A stretch of DNA of 32,173 bases from Octopus bimaculoides (lineage: Eukaryota): NCBI RefSeq assembly GCF_001194135.2, contig NC_068982.1, positions 24,453,292-24,485,464 of the forward strand. The letters are read 5' to 3'. The notes below the pieces were generated by a model. The model was not told where the DNA came from, ran no database searches, and was given only the letters and a program-made list of their open reading frames with translations. Both the position numbers and the translations under genes were made by a program. This document shows positions 21,781-32,173 of the stretch, in pieces. The number at the start of each line of letters is the position of its first letter. Position 1 is the stretch's first letter.

Positions 21781-24165
21781 TTTGTTTTTATATAAAATCA
21801 TGAATGGATGGAGATCGTTCTAACTTCTTATCAGACTCCCACATCTTTGCATTATTGATAAAGTGTAAAGTTACTGGATTTGTGCAAATAAATTTTCTTT
21901 TAATTGATTTCTTCAGCTTATCGACCAAGAGGTTCTATATATCTTTATAGGAACTGCATCTACAATTAAACATACTAACGTATTCCAAATCAAAGGCTTA
22001 AATATTTATGGTTAATAGGGTAATTTTTATCAGTTAAGCGAAGCATATTTTCGGCAACTGTGTATCTCAGTTTCAACAAGACATTGGAAAGATGATTATA
22101 ATTATCATATCTCCTTTCTTTTGATTGGTACAGTATTCATTTAAATATCAGCCGTGAATTACATGGGTTTTTTGCATTGGCTTATAAAATGTATTGTTCT
22201 ATCAATAAAATATATGCTAAATAAGCAAATTAATGTCACTCTACTCATATTTTTAGTTGCGACTCTACAAATTCAAGCACGTGTTGCTATCTAGTGGATA
22301 GCTATTGCATCAGCGATATCATTTCTTCATGATATTTTGCGTGATAAGAATTTTGATTCCGAAATAAAGGAAATATATGGAAAAAGACGTACGAAATACG
22401 CATACATAATTACTTTTGGCCTGCCTATTACGAAGATCTTGAAATATCTAGTCAGTGGTATTTAGACTTGTACAGGACTAATTCATTCTTGTTAGAACTT
22501 GTCAGCTTGATATAATCCGAGATATATTAATTAATTTTTTTATTAAAAAATCATGTAAAGAAAATCGCCGAAAACAATCACAGTAATGAAAACACAGGAT
22601 TCCAAACTTTCAGCATTACAGGACTGAATTCGACCCTGAATGTTTTTAATTTACTCACGGAGTCAGTCTGATTCCAAAATGTTGTGTTATGTTGGGGTAT
22701 GGGGTCCATACATATCATGCATAGAGCCCATACATGATATGTATTTCAATTCAAGTGTATTTTATATATATATATATATACGTATATATATGTATGTTTA
22801 TGTGTGTATGCATATGTATATATGAAAATATATAAGTGTGTGTGCTCTGTGTATTGTGTACGTATTTATTAAAGAAAGCAAATAATGAAACAAAGATGAT
22901 AGTGTTCGGTAACTGGTTGAGTAAGCTGGCCACGGGAGTTTTCGATCCATGTATGTACGTTTATATATAAATATATGTATATATANNNNNNNNNNNNNNN
23001 NNNNNNNNNNNNNNNNNNNNNNNNNNNNNNNNNNNNNNNNNNNNNNNNNNNNNNNNNNNNNNNNNNNNNNNNNNNNNNNNNNNNNNNNNNNNNNNNNNNN
23101 NNNNNNNNNNNNNNNNATATATATATATATAAAGTGTAGGTACAGGAGGTGGTCAGACTCTGCATAAGGAGTAGACAACCACCAAGTATGTATGTATATA
23201 TGTTCCTCTAATTACACTTTTATAATTTCACTTTTGTTATCAAGCTTAGGTTTACATCTCAAGGAAGTACCTATTATAATCCTGGCTAATTTAGGGCGAG
23301 GTTATGAAAAGAGTTCGTTAGAATATTGTAATATGCCAATTCGATAGAAACTGCATCATTGCATATTTAGATAATCACGTAACTTTCATTTTCTTGAAAT
23401 TTATGCCGGACTATACTCCTGTCTCTGATAATTTTCTTTTAATTTTTCAATCGCATTAGAACGACTTCAAAATAATTATCATTCTAGCGTACGTCTATAT
23501 TTACAACATTGCATATTGCAGTATATTCCCGACAACGAATCAATAAGTATCTGTTTAGTTAACTCGTGAAACTCGACAATGTGAATTTCGTTTAATGTGG
23601 AGATGATATTATTAATTTTATGGAATGGAATGATATTGTTCTAAATTCGGGCGTTATATCCTTACTGACATTATTAATATTACTTAGATGTTATTCACCA
23701 ATTAACTGTATTCGGATATAACTTAGATAGTTATTTTGCATGTTGTATACGGTCAAGTTGTGTATTGAGTGCACATGTGTGATTAGTGATTCTTATGTAA
23801 ACTACATGTCAAAAGAGTTGTCAATAAATCAGAGATGTGGTTTAGGAAAACGAATATAATATATATGATGATTACTTATATACTTCACATGTTATTTATT
23901 TGATTTTATCTTTATTCTGAATAGTATTTCAGAGACCAATGACATGCATTTTATTAAAAACGACATTAAAAAAGAATTCTTTCATTATAAGATATATAAG
24001 ATTTATATATATATATATNNNNNNNNNNNNNNNNNNNNNNNNNNNNNNNNNNNNNNNNNNNNNNNNNNNNNNNNNNNNNNNNNNNNNNNNNNNNNNNNNN
24101 NNNNNNNNNNNNNNNNNNNNNNNNNGTTTTTATTGGCTAAACTGGCAATATGACCATCCCCAAAT

Positions 24166-24196
<31 letters not shown>

Positions 24197-25030
24197 ATTG
24201 GCATCTCTAAAGTTTATTAGCATCATGTATATTTTCCTTTCCACAAGAGTTGTGTGTCGCAAAATGAATCGATTTCGTTTTGCGACAGATTTATTTGGGG
24301 AAGGTTGTTGGTGATATATTTGTACAATATCGTGTTTTCAATAAATTACTCTTGTGCTCATTCGTAAAGCAATGTAAACGAGGCCATCAGTCTTTCATGG
24401 AGAATTGTACGAAATATATTTAAGTATTTGCTTTGCACTTCTATGAAACGGTTGCATTTATCCTTCTGCATTCAGTGTGAGGTATGTGCTTAATAGCAGC
24501 TTGCAATTATCCAATATACCATTCAGATATAATCACGGGAGTTCTTTTATAAACAATGAACATGTTCTTCAAATTCCTGATTTCTCCTAATTCTTTCATG
24601 CATTTCTGTATACATAACTGAACCCTAAGGACGTCTGCATTTAAGCAGAATGCGTCTCTACTCTATTACTCTCATTTATAACAACCTTCTCCACTAAACA
24701 TCTATTGTTATCTTCACAAAGTAAATATATAGCACTACTTTAACAACGTTACCAAATAACATTTCGCATTCACATGCTCTTGATTTGTTAATGCTATTCT
24801 CTTTTACTGGAATTTGTCTTCGAGGATTCTGGACTTCCTTTATATTACAATCAATATATTCCCCGATGAGATATGCTCTAAGTTAATAAATTACATGTTT
24901 TCAGAAAGGAGTGTAATTCTACAGTACTTTACGCAACATTGTAGCACTCTCTTAAATTTGAAAAATATTCGTTCCTTTTCAATATATGGCATGTGAATTT
25001 TCCGTCGATATCATAAGACGGAAACTATAG

Positions 25031-25346
25031 TAAAGGGTCTGTATTTCATTATTTATATAGAGAAGAAAACTAATGGATAGTCGATTTTAAAATTACTCTA
25101 TCAGGAACAGAGACAGAAATAAATAGGTTACAATATGCCACTGATGTTTAAAACATAAAATAACAAACTACTCAAACACCATGTCGAATAAAGGGTCTGT
25201 ATTTCATTATTTATGTAGAGAAGAAAACTAATGAATAGCCGATTTTAAAATTATTCTAACAGGAACAGAGACAGAAATAAATAGGTTACAATATGCCACT
25301 GATGTTTAAAACATAAAATAACAAACTACTCAAATACCATGTCGAA
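25031..25346. repeat. Tandem duplication of a 158-bp unit (25031-25188, 25189-25346)
   Basis: Six substitutions and no indels (~96%). Confidence 0.95.
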
Positions 25347-26055
25347 TGCTAATCTTTACTAGTGACTATGGTGAACTTGAAGCAAATGTAAACAATAATC
25401 GATACAAAACAGACCAGGAAGGATGTTATAATCAAATATAAACTCCTCAATAACAGTTGATATAGCAGTAATCCAAAAATTATATATTTATTATATCAGA
25501 CAATAATCATTGAAGAAATTGAATTTCGTTTGATTAATCGGCTTAGTTTCCTAAGGGGATTATTAATAATTTATTTTTACGTATTTTGAACTAATTTATA
25601 TAATCGATCTATTTTGTATTATGTTTCAAATTTAATTCCATATAAATGTATAACTAATACTATATTGACTAAATTTAGCATATGCTAGATTTTGAAATAT
25701 TATAATATCGAAGACATTAAAAACAAAATATTTATGTTCATCATTTTGAACACACCCACACACCAATATTTGCATGCGCGCACACACATATTTCTATGTA
25801 AAAATGTATGTGTATGGATGGACGGAAAGATGGATGGATAGATGGACGGACGGACAGGCAGTTGGAGGAATGGATGAATGGATGGAGAATGTTCTGAGTA
25901 AGACTTTAAGATACATCTAGTAGTGGGGTCAGGTTTGTGAGTTCCTTTCTTTTGAGAGATGTGGAACCACCTCTTACCCACTATCATTACGATATCTACT
26001 CTGAGCCAGAATCGATACACCTCTCAGGATTGTCATACCATCCTTCTACAACATC

Positions 26056-26083
26056 ATAGATAGATAGATAGTTAGATAGATAT

Positions 26084-26158
<75 letters not shown>
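26056..26158. repeat. (GATA)n microsatellite
   Basis: Directly visible. Confidence 0.95.
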
Positions 26159-26401
26159 TAGGGCAGGGAATTGCCAATCAATTAATAAATTCATAATTAA
26201 CAATTTTGCCAAGTAGTTCAGTATGCAAAAAAACCTTTATCGGTAAACCATTTATCATTATATATATATAGGGATCAGCAGGAGTTGCTTCACCAACATA
26301 CTGAAAATTTAGAAATAGCAGTTAAAAACTACTAATTCTAAATATTTTTTTTTTCTCCAACGGATGGTGATATTTATGGCCCACATAGTACAAAACCGAA
26401 C

Positions 26402-26598
26402 AGAAAATAAACGAAAACAAACCTGCCGTTTTCTTATGTGATATTTGATGTCGCATGTTCAGATATGCATGAATTTATTAGCATTTTCAAATTTATAATT
26501 TTGGATATCATGCTGATGGGTGGAATGAATTTTTATATTCTAATCACGAAACGTCGTACAAGGTTAACTAACGGCAGGTTTGTTTTCGTTTATTTTCT
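26402..26598. mobile_element. MITE-like element with perfect 29-bp terminal inverted repeats
   Basis: AGAAAATAAACGAAAACAAACCTGCCGTT (26402-26430) and its exact reverse complement (26570-26598), with a 139-bp spacer. No clear TSD. Confidence 0.65.
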
Positions 26599-27153
26599 CG
26601 CCGTACCTATTATCACATTAATTAAATTTCATTGTATATCTTTGAATGCAGGGGTATCTTTCTTCGATATAACACTGAAGCTCATAAACATATATACTGA
26701 TGTGTATACATCAATCTCCATTCCAATTGCAGTAACGTTTCTTTCCGTTCTGTTTTTTTGTGGAAATGTGCATGCATTTTTTGATGAAACAGCAAAGTGT
26801 TTCGTCATTAAACAATGACAATGTATTACTATACATACCCATGTATATGCACATACACATATGCATGTGCTTACACATTCTATAATCACAAACACGCGCA
26901 TGCGCACACTGACACGCATACGCATGCACACTCACACATGCAAGCTCATACACACACACTCACACACATATATGAACGACAATACAGCTAGAATTTATAA
27001 TTAATCAGATTCCATTAAAGAATTCCATCAAAAAAGAAATATGACGACACACCAATAGTTCCTCCCTCACTCTCTCTCTCTCTCTCTCTTTCTCTCACTC
27101 TGTCACATACGTTCACATGCCTACATGTATACATGCACACACACGTAGACAGT

Positions 27154-27226
<73 letters not shown>

Positions 27227-27236
27227 CGATGGATAG
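27154..27236. repeat. (TAGA)n microsatellite
   Basis: Directly visible. Confidence 0.95.
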
Positions 27237-28032
27237 NNNNNNNNNNTATATATATATATATATATATATATATTGATACACGGGTATTACGAATGTACGT
27301 GTGTGCGCGTATATGTTATTTTATGCGCATAATTAAACGCATTTGTATAAACACACAAATATGTAATTGTGTGTACATAGACATGTGTAGGTATGTCCCA
27401 GAGGGTAATTGTTGACTTTGAATATATTGACTTCATTCAAATTATTCACTTTTTCCTTCACGATTGCGATTTGTAAGGTCGATTGTTGGCGCCACATTCT
27501 GATATCATACACATGCATGTTTAGATGTTTCATTGTTGTTAGAAATCCTACTTTACAAATAACCTATGGCGGGATAATATAGATATCGTTTGCAAAGCTG
27601 TTCTTAGAAATTATATTAAGATATTTAACCAATCTATTCTATACATTCTTTCATGTCTCGCTACGGCTGTCATGCTAGCGCGATTGACTTTGATATATTC
27701 AGATGAAAACCTGCTTTCAGCACAATAGTATGGGAAATGAATGTTCTTGATACAGCGCCATGGATAACGTTGATCCTTCTTTAACGAATTCTCTGAAAGT
27801 GGCCTAGATGTCTGGATAAGAGGCAATTTTCCTATGGATCTGATTCTAATTCCCTCTGGAAAGTAGTGCATTTGGGTAAGTGAAATGTACCAATAGGTTA
27901 TGATTGGATTTTGCAGATGAAAACTGAACTAACGACAATTTTACGCAAACAAACAAACGTTCATATAGAATCACTCACACTGACAGACACACATATTTCT
28001 TTTTTGTTTGTAATATATATGTATGCATTAAT

Positions 28033-28185
28033 GTGGCGAGCTAGCAAGATCGTTTGAACGCCTAGCAAAATGCTTACTGTCGTTTCGTCCCCCTCTATGT
28101 AGCACGTTCGTATTCCGCTGAGGTCCACTTTGATTTTGGTGCCGATAAAATAAACAGCAATTGACCAGTGGCGTCAAAGAAATAA
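28033..28185 (+). mobile_element. Old, degenerate tRNA-derived SINE
   Basis: GTGGCGAGCTAGCAAGATCGTT...CAAAATGCTTA...TTCCGCTGAGGTCCACTTTG...GCCGATAAAATAA aligns loosely with the other copies. Confidence 0.7.
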
Positions 28186-28962
28186 CTTTTCTCCTCCCAC
28201 GAAATTCTTGCTATCGATTTGTTTCATTTTTCTTCTGTGCATACTCTATCTTGAATACTTCAGAATTCTTCTTTTCTTTATGTCCAGTTTTTCTCCTCCC
28301 TTTTTTCTTCGGGGTTTTCCGTCTTTATTAAGTTTTCTTTTCTGCTTTCTTTATGTCGAAATTGTAAAGAAGCAATCTACGCTTCGCGTTATTTCTAATT
28401 TGTTGTTCTTTTTGTTATTGCAGTTGATTTTCATTGTTTACGTCTTATTGGATAGTATTATTTTGTTTTTGTTTCGCTGTTCACTTCTTCATTGCATACA
28501 ATTTCGAGTTGTGTTTTACTCCGACAAATATAAGATCGCCACTTTCTAATGTATATAATTGTTCATTAATGATGATTTCACTTGTGATCAGTTTTTGTGT
28601 TACTATATGGCCGTGTGGGATATTTATGACTTACAAGTCAATTTCGAAGGTCCCTGATTTGAGAGACATTATGTTAAGCTTGATTCGAATATTCTCCGAT
28701 ACTACGACACAAATTTGATTTAGGGCACGGGTGTACTTTGTATTCAAACCCCCTCATAGCCACTTGTGATTATTCACCCAAATTCACTGGAGCACGAATA
28801 TGTTGTAATCAAAGGCACATCTGACAGATATATTGCACGAAATATTTTGTCTTCTTCATTCAGATTAATTTCTATTTATGTAACCTGAAGGGATAAGCGT
28901 TGTGAGTGGAAATTTAATCCTATTCTATCAACTTAGTAGGAGACTTTAGTAAATTGTTTCTT

Positions 28963-28964
<2 letters not shown>

Positions 28965-29005
<41 letters not shown>
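28965..29005. repeat. (TA)n microsatellite
   Basis: Directly visible. Confidence 0.95.
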
Positions 29006-29009
<4 letters not shown>

Positions 29010-30290
29010 TTTATTCTGGATTATCTTCTGAAATAAAGATGCGCTGGTGGATCTTAAGATATTTTACTGGTATATTATTTCTTGTAACTGTGATAAGCCC
29101 AAAATTAGTGTCAGCAAAATTGGTGTTGATAAAATAATCGTTTTCAAATAGCAACAATTGCTCATGATATTGCGATTTGTGTGACAGCTGCTAATATATT
29201 TATTGCTTGTATTATTCTAGCTTTTTTTTTAAATTGGTAATTTGCACATTTGAATATGACATCAATCATGATATAGTTGACTCTACCCAGCAAAATTGCA
29301 ACGTATGATATGCATGTTCTATGGGATAAGGAAACGATCATCTGTACAGCAGAGAGGATTATATCACATTCTGTTTACTCTTCTGTAACACATCTGTCTG
29401 AAGATTAACAGTATTCTGAATAATTCCTGTCTCACTACCATCGAAATACTGATTATATATTTTGAAGTAATAGACGGTTGATTATAATGACTGAGTCCTG
29501 CCTCTATATTGCAGATTGAATGATGCTCTCATGAAGAAAAAAAAACAACAAATGCTTTAATATTGCTCGTAAAAATCATATTGATTATCTCTAGATAAAA
29601 AGCAGTTATGTCAAAAATATAATAATGTCGAATATTCAGATTTGGTTAGTAAATTCTAATGGAATTGATTGCATATGTCTGAATAATTATGGAATTTAAT
29701 CTCTTTCGGCATGTCGGATATCAACAAGCTTATAAGTGTATATTTAAAATCACTTCGATTATTTCGTTTACTAGAGATCGACACAAATATATCCGATTTA
29801 TAATTATAAATATTGAAGTGTTCTTCCTCATTGTAAATATTACATCATTCCGTAAATAGAAGGATTATTTAAATAATCAATACGCATCGTATTTGATAGT
29901 TAAGAAAACATGTTTTTTTGTTTTGCTTCCTATGTATATATCTTAAACATATTAGAAAAATGGCATCCGAAGAGGAATTAAATAACTATTTCTGTGGTAT
30001 TCAGTGCAAAAACATTTCGTTCAAACAACAAAAAATCTAAGAAATTCAACAGTGACATAGAGAGACACACATACCACATACACCCATCACGCAATTTTGG
30101 GTGCTCGCATGCATAATGAGAACAACTGCACCAGACTTCATAATTTGTGCGCACATGAAGATTTATATTATATAAATGTGTGTGTGTGGGTGAGTGTGTA
30201 TAGCTACTTAGCCAACTTGGTAGATAGATAGATACATACATACATAGATGGACAGATGGATGGATAGATGCACTCACACACATATATGTA

Positions 30291-30292
<2 letters not shown>

Positions 30293-30357
<65 letters not shown>

Positions 30358-30401
30358 ATGTGTGTATATGTGTGTGTGTATGTATGTATGTATGTATGTA
30401 T
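30293..30401. repeat. (TA)n followed by (TG)/(TATG)n compound microsatellite
   Basis: Directly visible; explains the start or end of ORFs 29978-30624. Confidence 0.95.
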
Positions 30402-31962
30402 ACACGCACGCGCACAACCATACACAATCGATACTACACAGACATATTTGATGTCTCTCAAAAATATATGTATTGCTACGGTGAGAGTGTTTTTCATTAC
30501 AACATCCCTAGATATTTTGTTGAATTCATCCTTCCTTGTGAAATTAAAGATAGGCGATATTTTGGGAGATAAAATGCCAATGAATAGCACGCGGGAACTT
30601 TGTACCCTGAATAACTGGAATTGAGCTGCTCGCTAACAACATGAAATAGAAACAAAAGTAACCAACTGACATTTTTAGAGAAATATAGCTACACTACTCA
30701 CCTAACCGGAATGAGTTATGAAACAACAGGTTTTTACCATGCTATAATAACAATTTAGTGTATTGCCTGGCGGTGATATTGGAAGATATTTATCTTCAAA
30801 TTATACAACCGGTATCGCTCTTTTCAATCATATGGTGTTATATGAAGGGTATAATGTTATGGAACGTTGTGAAATAGTAAAAATATTATTTCCTTTTAAT
30901 TTTATAAACAATGCGGCTACAAAAATATATTCTGTAAGGAACGTAGGTAATAAAATAGCACGAGTTTTCTTTGGAACATTGTATTCTAAATGTTATGTTC
31001 TAAAGAATATCTGCACGAGAGTTTATAATCAGTTTACGCGAAAACCCATGCTGCGGAAAACAAATTAATTTGTATGTAAGCTCGTTGCTTAAGCTCTGCA
31101 CGAATCAAACTATATATCTCCGACCATTGTCGAGTCACTCATGCCTTTGAGCTAAATTTCTATGTTATTTCATTGCACCCAGTTTTGTCTTTAATCATTG
31201 TTCTCACAAAAAAAAAGCAGTATAAAGAAAAGTAGCCTCGAAACCTAAACAACAAAAAAATGTGTTGTCGCAAATAACAAACGTTAGGTACTATATGCAA
31301 TGTTATCTATATAATCTTAGCATTCTTTATAAAATCGATCGAATAGTTATAATTAATCATTGTTGCCCTGTTTCCTGTTACCTGATTGATTTCCATACTT
31401 TTATTTTTAACCTTATTGTTATTATTGTTTTTTTCTTAACTTTTTTTTTGCTTCGAAAATCTGAAAAGCCAGTGAAGAGATAAACAATAGAGGAAAATGT
31501 TCAAATATTCAAAACATAAAAGAGCTTTTATTTTTTTAATTACAGACATTCTGGTAGTTCATCAACATAACAACACTAATATTAATTAAAACATTACATG
31601 GTGAAGACAATTCAATATTCTGTATTGGCTTACTGAATTTATAATGCAAAGTGATGGGTGGAGGAGAATTGAAAGAAAACTAAAACTACTCATTGAATAT
31701 CCTTTGATGGCATGTAATATAACTTTATCTTAGATGATATGTTGATTTTTTATCTCTCTTTCGTTTGAGAATGCTGTATAGCATAATTAGTTGCAATTTA
31801 TAGAAACGCAGATTACGAACGAAAGTAAAATACAATAAAACGAAGAAAGGCACATCAATATCCTCTATTATGTCGTTCTACGAAAATAATTGAAATTTTA
31901 ATTATTGACAAAAGAAGCTGATCGATGCAATACATGCTGAGTAGCACTATCTAAGATTACCA

Positions 31963-31975
31963 TTCTATCTCTCTA

Positions 31976-32008
<33 letters not shown>

Positions 32009-32173
32009 CTATCTCTATATATATATATATATATATCCATCTACCTATCTATCTTTCTATCTGTTTATATGTCTATCTATCTTTTTATCTGTTTATATGT
32101 CTATCTATCTATCTGTCTGTCTGTCTCTCTCTCTCTCTGTCTTTCTGTCTCTCTGTGTCTCTCTCTCTGTATA
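31963..32173. repeat. Compound (TC)/(TATC)/(TA)/(TGTC) microsatellite with 28-bp higher-order units
   Basis: Directly visible. Confidence 0.9.

Noticed and set aside
28208-28549. 113-aa hydrophobic ORF (similarly 13232-13489 and 9583-9765)
   Set aside because: F/L/I-rich translation of T-rich low-complexity DNA.
27540-28760. Decayed GPCR or membrane-protein gene (CKAVLRNY...LARLTLIY; LMMISLVISFCVTIWPCGIF)
   Set aside because: Cys-to-Arg spacing is 30 rather than the ~25 of TM3, there are many stops and frame changes, and T-richness alone gives hydrophobic translations. BLASTX or HMM searches would settle it.
1-32173. CRISPR array, prokaryotic operon or terminators
   Set aside because: The sequence is eukaryotic; no regularly interspaced repeat-spacer array or compact gene cluster is present.

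Overview
AT-rich, microsatellite-dense eukaryotic genomic DNA with six N-gaps, five of them directly abutting (TA)n or (TAGA)n runs, typical of a short-read scaffold. The SINE family and overall repeat make-up look like an octopus (cephalopod) genome; this is inference from recalled repeat families, not a database hit. I find no intact host gene, RNA gene or CRISPR array. The window is a transposon graveyard: a 3' half of a Ty3/Gypsy element (integrase, PPT, ~215-bp LTR); two unrelated Tc1-type transposase remnants; a Penelope-like element split into an inverted RT half and a forward GIY-YIG half; a Helitron 3' end (PIF1-like helicase, hairpin, CTAG); an R4/Dong-type LINE 3' end; about eight tRNA-derived SINE copies or fragments; and two MITE-like foldback elements. 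Most ORFs in the track are microsatellite, N-gap or T-rich artefacts. I found no convincing novel multi-gene system. The best second looks are the inverted Penelope architecture, the 80-bp-arm foldback element, the SINE dimer junction and an unexplained indel-free 197-bp repeat pair.
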